DNA from: Bigelowiella natans CCMP2755
Taxonomy: Eukaryota > Protista > Cercozoa
Direction: 5' to 3'
Assembly: GCA_000320545.1 (NCBI GenBank)
Contig: ADNK01002518.1
Coordinates: 29,194-93,193 of the forward strand
Length of the DNA stretch: 64,000 nt
Part shown: piece after piece, positions 1-12,620 of the stretch
How the letters are laid out: the number at the start of each line of letters is the position of its first letter
Numbering within the stretch: position 1 is the first letter of the stretch
The notes under the pieces: model-generated
What the model was told of the DNA's origin: nothing
Databases searched by the model: none
Seen by the model: the letters and a program-made list of their open reading frames with translations, nothing else
Program-made: the position numbers and the translations under genes

Positions 1-349
1 TATTTCTTCGGATTATTATCCGGAAACTGAAAAAAAGTTAATTTTCATTAGGGCATCAATAATTCAACAGATCGTCCGACAGGATTACTTGTCTCTTTCA
101 TGGTCCTGAAAATCTTCGCCAGCTAAAATTTGCATCTGCTTGAAGATTGTAGATTTTCCCGACTCACCGGTGCCCAGGAACAATATTTTAATGACCTGAC
201 CTTCCTTCAGCTTGTGCTCAGCAAGTTTTCTACAGAAAGAACCCAAATTAAATGTAAATATCCCCATTAAATACGGTTAATAACGAAGAATCGACTTACT
301 TTGCTATTCTCTGGTCATGGGCTTCTTCTTGCGAGGGGCAACATCCCAT
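1..349 (-). CDS. Heterotrimeric G-protein alpha subunit, 5' part (runs off window start)
   Basis: ATG at 349. Exon 349-300, GT..AG intron 299-230, then a further exon. Spliced product [52 protein letters not shown] has the MGCC acylation motif and the G-alpha P-loop GxGESGKST. Confidence 0.93.
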
Positions 350-899
350 CGTTCAGGTATGCCCTTACTTATCTGGTGGCCCCGAACTATCTTTTTGACT
401 TACCAAGTAATCCGTACAATTGTCTATAGGCGGAACTGGTGGTGCCGTGTGAGAACTGAAATTATTCTTCTTTGAGAGGACCTATGAAGGTGACCTGGTG
501 CAGTCTTGCAATCACTAAATGATGCAGTGTCGATTTACTACTCTCGAATGAATGCTTAGTTATCTTCAAGATCCTTGTTGTTTGATCTGGTCAAATTAAG
601 TCACTTGATAAACACAATCGAAATCTAATTTGCTCCATTTAGGATTTAAGACAACATAATTACAAATTATTCCACTTTTTAGTGTCCTTTTAGTAAGTTT
701 GGGGGAGAACCGAGAAGAGTATTCTTCTAGTGCTGGTCTTACCAATTCATGGATTACGAGTTGTGATTAGACATTGTGTCCCGAATATTTAATTTTTTGA
801 GAAGTCAATATGTAGCTCATTTTTCAATGTCATTTCAAAAGAATCCAGTCGCTCTCTCAAAATGAGATCACATATGAAAATTGAAAGGATCCGGTGTGT

Positions 900-1385
900 T
901 GTGGCTGCGTCGGCGAATCAGTTGGCAGGCTGGATCTTGGAACACCATCAACAAACCCTACGTGCCTGGAATTCAATTGCAGTGGCACATCTTGTTGGAA
1001 TGTCGAATGAACACGAATGTTGAATCTTGACTCTTGCTGGAATGGAGGAATTCCAGCATTGTTGGCAAAACTGGAAAAAAGTCTGCAAGTCGCACTTGCA
1101 TGCATTCGTTCGTTGGCAACGCCATCGGATGACCCGCTGGCCCGGCCGCGGACCAGCGTGTAGATGTGGCCTTCAGGAAGTTCTTGCGAAGAGTAGATGC
1201 TTTGCGTCGCTGCCACATTGCCGCTAATTGCGCTGCCCCACACAGCTAGAATGCCACTTTTTCAAGTCCAGTCAGTCCCCAAGTCCCCACGTGCTGAAGC
1301 TAGTTCGAGGCACTGCGTTTCGCACTTTTCAATCATGCAACACTTTGAAAACACAATTTTTCATCACGTTTGTTTATTTGTTTGC
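900..1385 (+). mobile_element. Degenerate 3' fragment of a non-LTR retrotransposon (zinc-knuckle end of ORF2 plus 3' UTR)
   Basis: Interrupted frames read WHILLEC (~982-1003), PSDDP (1122-1136) and DQRVDVAFRKFLRRVDALRR (1151-1210), homologous to the ORF at 23285-23608. Shared 3' UTR motifs agttcgaggcactgc and tgcaacactttg..tttttcatca, then a T-rich simple-repeat tail. Confidence 0.72.
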
Positions 1386-2398
1386 CACCTCTGGACCTGC
1401 TGGACAGGACTCACTTGCTTTGCACTGCGGGTTCATTGCCAACTTGCTGCAGGCTAGCAGGCATGTCTGGCAGAGTGGAATTGTTGCTGCCAAGTGTTTG
1501 GTTACAAATTCTGCCTGCTTGCACAGCCCTGCAATTTCCGCTTCATTTTCAGAACAAATCATTGCAGCTACACAATGCACCAGGCTCATGTCCCATCTAG
1601 CCATGTCCATCATGCCATCAGCACGTGCGCGCACATCTGTCCCATGCACCCAGCCTTGCTAGCCTGTACTAGTGAAAGGGCGAATTCAAAATCAGAAATT
1701 ATGCTCATGACTTCTGCGAGAATGTGCTCTAGAGCTCTCTTCGTGTTGCAAAGTGCAGTGCTTATTCGATCTTGATCTCAAAACCCGTTGCAAACTAGCT
1801 GTCTAGTCGCTACATGCAGCAACCGCGAAGGCTGATGCACACTGGTAGTGTGCGCCTATTGCATTCGCGTCGCGCCTGTGCATGATGCGCTGAGCACACA
1901 AGTCGCTCGATCCAAAACGCACGTGTTCAGAAAGGGAAGCCCAGAAAAAACTTCAAAATGGTAATTATGAAGCTTTGGCCGCGGGCGCAGTTGGGCTACC
2001 TAGGCTACGTTGAATGAATCTTTTGTTGTGCTTGTAGTCTCATTTCTGGCTAGCGATGCCCTGAACTAGTGAAATTTCACACGCCCGTTGTGTTGCAGAC
2101 GTGTGAGTGAACGAAAGAGACACCCAATCATGCTCAGATTGGAGCAGATCTAAGCAAGTAAGAGTTGTGCAATGCATGCCAACATGCCAAAGATGGTGAG
2201 CGTGTTCGAACTAAATGCACGCCGAACGCTACGTGGGATCGATACTGAAATGTAGCAAGGATGTAGCAGATCACGTCTCGTGTTCGAATCACAACAAGCT
2301 ACACAGATGTCCAGAAACAACGTGTCAATGAGAGCCATTTGAATTTTAATGAATGTTGTGCTACATTTGAGGAAGCGCCCACAATTCCTTCATCAAAT

Positions 2399-3886
2399 TC
2401 AAAATGTCATGTCGAATTTTGTAGCAATTTCTCTTCGCCTTGCGCGAATACTTGTTTGAAGGGGCTGTAAAAATTTTTTTTTGAAGCACTCCACGTAAGG
2501 TGCCATTCGAGTCTTTTGGTAATCTGGCAAATTGGCGCTATCTGTTGTCCCTTCATCTTTTGAGAAACTGTTAATGTCCCTGATGAGGTCGTCGATAGTT
2601 GGCACTGCAAATGGGTCGAAATTTTCACACTTATCTGGATCAATAGGCACACAGACTCGACCGGTCTTTGGATGAACAGACCACGGGCTTTTCAACAAGT
2701 GGTTCATACCCTTACTCACATTCACATCAAGCCTAGGATAAAGGTGCGCAAAAACTATTTCCTCGTAGGTATTTCTAACTTTCGAAAACTTTGTCTGAGA
2801 TATATTCTTTCGAATTGCTTTCTTGATATCTGCAATTTTAGCAGCAGTATTTCGAGAACTGTTACGCCATTGCTCATCCAATTCCTGCCGAATGCCAGCC
2901 TCGGGAATCATCGCTAGAATTTGTGTCCAGCGATCTTGGGTCTCAAGAAGACCTTGTTCTTCACAATATTGCTCAAATTCAGGTTCCACAACTTCTAAAG
3001 CTTGCGCTAATGAGGGATGGATGGGATCGCGCAACTTAACTTTTTGTGCCTTTTCAGCACCACCACCGGTATATGCAGAGAGGTATTGAACTACTGCTGC
3101 ACGGCCACCATCTTGCAACTTTCGAGCACGATCATCGCATACCCAGCAGTGAACCCCGCGTCTGCCAGAATAAACCCACAGAAGATGTTTAAAACCAAAG
3201 TCGTTCCTAAGTGCGTGGTCGAGTACTTTGATTGCTACTGTCATTAGTTTCCAACATAGGGGACAAATCTTGGCATCCGAGCAGCATGTACGCACGTCAT
3301 CGTAATCAGTCATATCGATATCGAATACCAATTCCTGAAATATTGATAATAAATGTTAAAATAGTATCAGGAGTAGAATTTTTTAATGGCAAAAGAAAGC
3401 AAATTGAGTAATATGCGTGTTTGTGCAGCGCATAGATACAGAGGGGCTCATAGGTATCCACCTCTCAAATGGAGTGAATTTTAATACCTTCTCAACTGGC
3501 TTGAAAGATGATACAGCATTGTGATGTTTGGGTGGAGCATTAAACACCGCTCCGATATCAGTCTTATGCGGCAGGCGTTTTAGATATGCATCTTTGTATT
3601 CCTTTAGATTCTTGAATGTCAGGTACCGGATATAAATATCACCAGCTAGTGTGAAAGAAAATTCTCGCCGCATGAAGAAATCTTTTTCATTCAGTGGGTC
3701 ATCCCCTTCTACCATGTTGCAGTAACTCAACCAACGATACATTGGGCCGAATGGAAACAGGCGCTCGTAGTAAAGCTTTAAGGTTTCATCGCGAATGCCA
3801 GAGAAACTTTGTTTTTTAGAGTGCTTCCCATCCTTTGTATCATCGAGTTCCATCGCTGAATTTTGCACGTTCTCTGTCTGAGGCAT
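2399..3886 (-). CDS. PRIM1: DNA primase small (catalytic) subunit
   Basis: Exons 3886-3488 and 3334-2399 (GT..AG intron 3487-3335). Motifs RREFSFTL, DIGAV, ELVFDIDMTDY, YSGRRGVHCW, YPRLDVNVS, HLLKSPWSVHPKTG. Confidence 0.97.
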
Positions 3887-4095
3887 CTTGACGTCTACCT
3901 CTTTCTCACGTGGGTCTTGTTGGCGGTCTCAAGCTTGGATTTCAATCTTTCAAATTTTGATCGGCGATGTAAATGATAAAATATATTGAAATGTAGCTCA
4001 TTTAAATACAGATATGAATGAATGTATCGCCACTAACCCCAAACGTAAGGCTTTATTCCAGAATATGTCACACTTGAGCTTAATTTATTTTGGTT

Positions 4096-4166
4096 GCGCG
4101 GGAATCACTACCTCTTGCTTTTTTTGGGTAATTTCGTGACAAATCCATTTTTTTTGGGTAATTTCG
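4096..4166. promoter_or_regulatory. Candidate E2F-like site (GCGCGGGAAT) plus a duplicated tttttttgggtaatttcg motif in the PRIM1/WDR34 divergent promoter
   Basis: Motif at 4096-4105 is near the E2F consensus, upstream of a replication gene. An 18-nt direct repeat lies at ~4119-4136 and ~4149-4166. Confidence 0.3.
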
Positions 4167-4745
4167 AGATTTCTGCACAAAGAGTTTCGACAGCAACCAC
4201 AATCAAGTTCTAGCACCAGCATGCGAAAGTACAATAATATTAACATAACGACAGGATATTTCGACAGAATATGGGTAAAATTGGTTGAATATTGGGCTCT
4301 GTGTAGTATGTACTCTTGACTAATAAATCTTAATTAAAGTTGAAGAAGCAACTGCTGCTGCTTGTGAAAGAGGGGCTGAGTATCATCCCCATAGCACAGT
4401 TTATTGATCAAAAACGATTGAAACTACAAGGCTGATCGTACCAACGAACAAGAAAGAGACTTTACCGACACAATTTACGCTAGCTATCTTGTTCCTGAAG
4501 TGGGTGGTTGACGGCTTATCGGCGACGATAGCTACCTGGTCTTCATTACCATCGTGGGGAGTGCGTGTGTTACTCGTTCAGCCGTTACAACTCCATATTT
4601 TTATCAATAATCGGGTTGGAAGCAGATTGGTTGCAGATTCAAGACAAAATTTAGACTCTTGTACTTGATCTTGTTCTGTGATCGACGTAGCTATTGTGTT
4701 GCATTTTAGAGGGGGTTTGTTAGGTAAAAGAAGAAGAAATATACA

Positions 4746-6015
4746 ATGTTCGAAGACAGCGAGTTAGGAGTGATTTGCGTGAAATCAGTATGGAGATCAC
4801 AAATTTGTAAGGAAGACAAATCTGTTGGCACCAGAGCAAGAAAGTCACGCAATCGTGCCTCTCAGACATCAAGACCAACAGTTACTATGGCAACACAAAC
4901 AGAACAGCAGTATTTACCCGAGGAGGAGGGGGAAGGAAAATCACTATCTTCAACTATTCCGCTAGACAATAAGATACTGCAACAATTTATATTAAGAGTG
5001 GGTCCTTTGATGGAACATGAATTGAAAGAGGCAAGTGAATCACGTGCATTTGATGGATATAAAGTGGTATGGGAGGAGGAACGAGATACAATCAACAAGA
5101 TGTATACTCTCACTGATCAAGACAAAATCAGGAGGAACAAACAGCAGGAGAAAGGAGCCAATACCAACAGCAGTAGTAGTAATAGTAACAGTAGTAGACC
5201 TCTTGCCCAGTCTTTCTCCGATGTGGAATGGAGTTGTAACGGATCGGTACTTGCAGCTTCGTTTGGAGAACGTCATCATGTTGGATGGTGCGAACATGAT
5301 TCATTCGTTGCGTGCTGGAGTATAATGTCTCGCCGATTGAACTCGAAAAAGCCTGATATGAAACTTCCGGTTCCTTGTTGTGTAGGATGCCTTGCTTTTC
5401 ATCCTACACAACCCACGATATTAGCAGCGGGCTTGTTCAGTGGTGAAATAAGAGTTTGGAACATTTCAGGTAGTGATGGTGGAGGAGGAGGAGGAGTAGA
5501 GTCGTCGGAACAAGAGGATGACCCCTTGATAGCTACATCCCCAGTAGATGATCACTTTCATAGGGAACCTATTACTCAAATATCATGGATTGCTACAGCA
5601 CGGGGAGACTATAGGCTTGCATCGATAAGTTGTGATGGGCTGGTACTTTTCTGGCGATTGAGTGATAAATTAAAGTATCCTTTATATGGATCCTCCATTC
5701 TTCCAAATGATCAATATCATGGCCATGGTGTCAAAAGAAACAATTCTTCTTATAAGGTTGTTACATGTGGTACATACTAATATTTTGAGGATGGTAGTGG
5801 TGAGTGGTGGTACAACAACAACATGCTAATGATATCAAGAGGAGATCCATTGTTCATTCATTATTATTTGTTCAGATTCTTGGTGTACTATTGATGTACT
5901 ACCTCTTATCCATTGTTCATTTATTATTATTTGTTCAGATTCTTGGTGGAGTGTCTATGGCGTTTTCTAAACTAGATTTCGTCAACTACGTTGTAGGGAC
6001 TGAAGGTAGCTAATA

Positions 6016-6057
<42 letters not shown>

Positions 6058-6273
6058 CAATCTAACTACGTTTTACATATGCTGCCACTCTCATATTCCA
6101 ACTATTACTTCTTCATCTAGGTGGTGGTGTGCTTAGATGTGAAAGAAAAATGAGATCATATAAGAAGAAGAAGAAGCAAATATACAAGGATACAAACCTG
6201 CTCAAGTGGGATCATGAGGTGGAGCAAGTCTTACGATTCTTACCACGTAGATCAAGGTTGTTGGAATATTACA

Positions 6274-6317
<44 letters not shown>

Positions 6318-6359
6318 ATTAAATCATGCCTCTTTCTTAATAACAAAATCGACGATGAT

Positions 6360-6398
<39 letters not shown>

Positions 6399-7213
6399 AC
6401 TATACTAAATACTAGGGATAGCGTTAAGAATTCGATGCGAAAATATGCAACAAAAACGGGAGCAAAGGTGGTGCTGGTGGTGTTGTGGTGAAAGTGGGGA
6501 TGCGTAAAACGTACTATGCTATCTGATAGTGGTAGATGGGGGAACAACAACATGTCTTATTATTATTATTATCATTATCATTATTATTATCATCATTGTT
6601 ACTACTACTATCAAAACGTCATGCATGATGTTGCTCGCTTGTTGACCTGCTACTACCTCTTTAAGTTTGATGATGATGATGATAATGATGATGATGATGA
6701 TATTTTATTGATAAGCACACCTCCTCCTCAACAACTGCATGCATGCATGCATGCAATAATAACAGATTATCCGTTTGGAGGAATTGTATGCTTCTCGACC
6801 AAATCCCTTACATTTGTTTCCTCCAGCTTCAAAACAGGTGGGTGTTGGTTGTGTATTCATTCACAAGGATAAATGTAGAATAATGTTTGTTGATATTTAT
6901 TACACTATGATGATCGATCATGATGATCATGCATGATGAGGGGAAAGATCGATTAAGGCGACGACACCCAATGTGTCTTCTTAGGCTTTCGAAAAGCACG
7001 GTGGCCCTGTGTATGGTATTGCTGCCTCCCCCTTTCACAGGTAATACATTTGCATAATAGCACGTTAACATTACACATTAGCATAGCACGCACTACTACT
7101 ACTACTACATACGTATTTTGGATAATGATTATGATGATGATCACGATGTCCGACGTTGTGTGGAAATTTGCTGGGAAAAGGAATAGATATTAAAAGCTAT
7201 ATATCTCAAATAT

Positions 7214-7254
<41 letters not shown>

Positions 7255-7415
7255 AGTAATTTGATGCAGTATAACCATAATGATCCCCCTCATCATCATC
7301 ATCATCATCGTCATCATCATGAGCTCGCACTAATACTAGTCTTAAATTAGCTTACAATATGTGTGATGGCGCTGCTTCTTCTTCTTCTTCTTCTTCTTCT
7401 TCTTCTTCTACGACA

Positions 7416-7446
<31 letters not shown>

Positions 7447-9467
7447 TTGCTACTGGTAACAATATCATACATCTTATTCATTTTCCGCCAATCTCCTCCT
7501 CTTTCTCCTCCTCCTCCTCCTCTTTCTCCCAGGAATATTTTCCTTACTTGCAGCACAGATGGCAGTCTACGCCTATACAACATGCTTAGGGTACTACTAC
7601 ATCATCTTGCATTTATTTCAATATCATATACACGTATCATAATTGTAGAACTATCAGCAACATAAAACAATGTATTATCACCATCATTATCATCATCATT
7701 CTCTCATCTGCTGCTGTGTTTCCTGAACTTTGTCGTTGTTGAATATGGTCGTTGTCGTCAGAATCCTCGCCCAGTGGTCTTGATGGAACCATCACCAGCC
7801 TATCTATTCGATGTTCAATGGTCAATTGTTTTGCTGCTGCATTTTCAAGCTTAGATCCTCCTTCTTAATAATAATGATCATGATCATCCTATTACTACTA
7901 CTACAGGTCAACATCACGTCCGCTTGTATTCGCTGTAGCAGATGCTACTGGTAGTAATAGTAGTAGTAGTAGTAGTAGTAGTAGGAGGAGGAGGAGGAGG
8001 AGGATTAGATCAGGAGGGAAGACTTATTTCTTATATACTTATTATTATTATTATCAGGTAAAATTCACATCTACGATCTGGGGGTTGAGACAATAAGTCC
8101 TATAATTTCTTTCCAAGCATCATCATCATCATCATCAAGCGTCGTAGAATCTATTGGGTCAAAGAAGGGAGGAATAAGGCGCCTTGCTGATAATGCTACA
8201 ACAACAACTACTACAACTACTACTGCTACTACTCCTACACAACAAGACAACAAACGTAATAAACTTTTTATAAGTAAATAACCAACACACCTGCAATAAA
8301 ATGATGTTTTCTAATCTTTCAAATGATGTCATCTTATATTTCCTCCTGCTTGAGAAAGAAATAGTAGTATATTTGAATTGCATTTTTTCTCTCCTACATC
8401 AGTTTCAGTTATCTACTGTATATTTTATATGATGATTAGGCACACCTCCTACTTCCTCCTCCTCCTCATCATCATCATCATCATTCGATGGTGCTGGTGC
8501 TATCGTCGCTCTAAGCTTCAGTCCCCGTGATGGTAGACGATATAATGATGAGTTATAAAGTAGTAGTATGTATTTAGTAGTAGTGAAAAGAATATTAGAA
8601 GATACTATGCATGGGGAGGAAGAAGGCACACAACGTTATGTTACTTAAAATATGAAAATGTAATATCACAACAGACAACAAACAGCCTTCCTTTTAACAA
8701 TGATGACTGTGGAGGAGCAATATATATTATCATCATCAACAACAACATCATAATATTATATGAATAACCTCATATCATCCTATCACATCATCACCATCAT
8801 CTTTCTCATCACCATTCTACCGTATCGATAAAACAACTACACACAATTCCAGATACTTAAGAAAAATGATGATGATGATGATGATAATAAAAGGCTTGAT
8901 CATCTTCTCTCGCTACTATATTGTAGGAAGCATTCTTGCAGGTGCTGATGACAGTGGGCAAGTCGTGGTGTGGAGACTTAGTACACGTTTGTCCAGCATC
9001 CAAGAAGGAGAATTGGCACTCCTAGGTACTACTACTACTACTACTAACCATCTCTCCGAAGACCTTGTTACTATCTATCAAATAAAAGAGAGGCAGCATC
9101 TATGCGTATTTTGATGTAAATGTTGTGCGTTGTAACATTCTACTGCTGTCTTGATGGTTAGAATCCTTGGGGGCTGTTGACGATGAGGACCAGAAGCTGC
9201 AGGTGATATTGTTACTATTTAAGGCCAACCAACATTATGTCATGTGAATCTTGAAGACGCTATTATTGATGAATGATGACAACACATCGTTTCTAATAAT
9301 AAGCATTTCGTGGAGAACATCATATGCCAACAATCTAACTCATGTGAATAATAGGCAAGCAGACGGCATAATCGAAGCAGCTCAAGTAGTAGTAGTAGTA
9401 TTAGTAGGACGTCGGGTCCAGAGGAGAAGGAGAAGTAAAGGCTGATGATGATTCTAAAATGAATTAG
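4746..9467 (+). CDS. WDR34: Dynein-2 intermediate chain WDR34/DYNC2I2 (WD40), multi-exon
   Basis: First exon resembles WDR34 as recalled: SRAFDGYKVVW, WSCNGSVLAASFG..H..WC...SFVACW, CLAFHPTQPTILAAGLFSGEIRVW. Later exons include FLTCSTDGSLRLYN and ILAGADDSGQVVVWRLS. 3' end approximate. Confidence 0.88.
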
Positions 9468-10576
9468 CAGAAGATAGATAAATAGCATAGCAAAGAAGGG
9501 TAGGATTAATATAACTTTAGGCTTTGACTAAATTAGATAATGGAACAAAATGTTAAGAGGCTCACAAAAATAAACTGGCCCCGTTACTATCATAAGTCGT
9601 CATACTATTCAGCAAACAAAGCATCATCCATCCTGTTTGCGCTAGAGACGATCCCTGCATGCGGCATTAGCAGCATGCGATGCATGCTCTATGCATTGTG
9701 TACGTCTGCTAGCTAGCCACACCGTGCATCGATCTAGACGTCTAAACGCATCCACTTCGTAGCACGTGCGCGTTCTAGCGCTGCATGCAACAGCTAGCGC
9801 AGCACTGAGCATCACTTGCTAGCATTGCTAGATTAGGACAATTAGGACTATTAGATGCTGCAACTGCATCACACCCTACTAGCCTAGCTAGCTAGCTATG
9901 ACAAGATGAAGGCATTGCTAGATTGGCTGTGCTAACTGTCTAACTGTGCCTGTAGAAATTGTGTTAATTGTTGCAGTCCACAAGTATGAGTACTACTACT
10001 GCGTCGCTCTGTCAACATATTTACACTAATAGCCACGAGCACCAACATATCTAAGGATCCTCGATGCAACTATTACGCAAAGGCATTGTGAATAAGGGGA
10101 AACATACACATCATTTACGAGTAGTAGTCTTTTTATTAATCGAACGGTTCCAAACAAAGCAGTCGATATATCATCGTTTTCAGATATACATTTTTCATCC
10201 AAAGCAAATTGAATGTTCTCAACACAATGTATTCGTATTTGATTTGATGTAATATGATTTTAGGTGCTAATGGTTTTCTTCATGTGCAATGATGTACATA
10301 TTGAAGTAATTCTCGTGTTACTTCATGTTCCATTGAGCATCAATCTAATTTACACTGATTTCTTCTTCTACACATCATAACATGATCAGAAAGCAAATCA
10401 GTCGCTGAATGATGATTCATTGAGTGTAGTATCATTGTGGAAAGTATATGTGCCAGCCACCAAACAACATGTCCTCAACTTTCAACAACACACTTTGAAT
10501 GCACAATCAACTAATTGTTCTCTAAATCATCATAATCATAAGCAGCAGTAGCAGCAGTAGCATATATGAACTGAAA

Positions 10577-12127
10577 CTAGGTAGCAATGGTTGTTGTTGT
10601 AGTAGTAGTAGTAGTAGTAGTAGCAGTCTCCTCCTGCATTCTAGCTTCAAATAATTCAAGTTCTCTTTGAATTAAGAGTTTATCTTGTTCCTGGATTTCT
10701 TCTTAAGTGATGTATTCTCGTCCCTTAATTTACTAATTGCATTTCTGCTTTTCACTTTTATTTCTCCCTTTTCATTTTGTAACTTGCGATTCTCTTTGTC
10801 AAGCTCCACATTACGCCTTTCAAGAGTGATTAGTTGGCGCTTCTGAATGCCAAACCTGGAAGCATCCTCGTACACACTGACACGTCTAGCAGCACCACCG
10901 TTTGGGGCCTTGAGCGATGACAACGGCTGCAAAGAGGATCTCCTTTGAGTGCTTAGATTATTATTGGTACTTTTGTGATTTTGGCCTCCTCCTCCTCCCC
11001 CACAAGGCTCTTTTCCTTCGGAGGCAAAGAAGACCTCTCCATCAACAAATCCAAAATCACTTGGTACTTTAGTTTTCCTATACTTAGGTGATGGATTGTA
11101 CTTGTTATTAGCCCTGTTGTTGTTGTGACTAGCAGCACTAGACTCACTGCTACCCCCCCTTGATAAACTTCCTCTTTTTCTGCTGCTGCTGCTGTGATTA
11201 CGTCTTTCAACAGAGCGTGTGAGAGATCGACTTGTAAGGAATCTTGAGGATGAATATGATGATGATGATGATGATGAACCTGCTTTTCTTCTTGAGCCGA
11301 TTGTAGTACGACTTCTGGCTTTAGGTTGCATCTTCTTCACCTTGTTCTTAAGAATTTGGATTTGTGTATCCTTCTGCCTAGATACTGATGATTGCTTACT
11401 CAACTTCTGCAGCAATTTCCTCTTTTCAAGCTCAGTGCGTCGTTTTTGTTTCATCATTCTTGTTAGTCGTAACTCCTTTTTCTTCGAGTGTTCCCTATAC
11501 ATCTTTTCTCTATCCTTCATTTCCTTCTGCACACGTGCTTTCTCCTTTTTGGCTCTAGACACTTCCTGTTTCAGGTTTCTAAGTCTAGATTCAGCTCTAA
11601 TAAGATTGTTCCTTCTTGCTTCTTCTGCTTTAAGTTTTTTGCGAAGAGTCTTTAGCTGATTTGAAAGTTGCGTGAGTCTTTGCTGATGCCTTGGATTTTT
11701 GCCTGTTTTTTCCAGCTTCCTGAATTCGCTCTCCTTTTCTTTGACCTGTTTTTGGTAGTCATGAAGAAGTTCCTCAACCTCTACTTTCTGATTTTCAATA
11801 CATTTAAGCTCAGAATGTAGACGCTCGATCTCGCCTTCTTTCTTTACGAGAAGCTGAGTCAGATTGGCCATTTGGCGTTTTGAGCGCTCAACGAACTCGT
11901 TATGATGATGATCATCCTTGGCCATTTCGTGGACTAGATTGTCTACAGAATTATTATTATCTTCTTGTTGTTGTTCTTTAATGACAACAGCTTTCTTCTG
12001 TGATTCATCATCATCATCAGCAGCAGCAGCAGAGCTACTTGTGACGTGAATAGAGAGAGAAGGAACAACAGGCTGCTTTGAAGTAGAGGAGGAGGCAAAA
12101 CCTGACTTGCTCATTGGCTAAATTATG

Positions 12128-12164
<37 letters not shown>

Positions 12165-12587
12165 CTTTATCAATATATGTGTTATATATGTATACATATA
12201 TACACGCAATTTTCGATCATCATCCTCATCATCCTCATCTCTTACTTAAAATAATACATTTGAAGCAAAGAAGCAACCTACTCCTACCTTTTTGAAAGGC
12301 CCATCATCAATGAACATATCCTCACTTTCTTTTGATATCTTGGAGGATCCTTCCCCTCCAACTTTTATATCATCATTGTCGTTTTTAACAGTAATGGTGG
12401 TGCCTCTAGGAGAGATCTGTGGAGAAATATATGGTGATGCAGAAGTACTTGGAGCTTGTACCCAAAGCTCCTTGTACACTTTGATCTCCCGCATGGCAGC
12501 AAGATATTTGATTTTGTAGTCTTTGAGAGCCTTGTTCTCTTCCTCGAGCTCCTGGATTCGAAGACGATACCTAAAAATTGAGATAAA

Positions 12588-12620
<33 letters not shown>

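Noticed and set aside
857-1775. Overlapping 66-144 aa ORFs in several frames (also at 16300-16623 and 22355-23269)
   Set aside because: These are by-products of TpA loss, which removes TAA/TAG stops. They are His/Cys-rich, Tyr-poor and show no recognisable domains beyond the LINE remnant.
6129-8629. Many short ORFs with poly-Y/I, poly-H, poly-L or poly-V runs (also 24765-29316, 41408-43032, 58110-58854)
   Set aside because: They are translations of intronic microsatellites or antisense frames of real exons.
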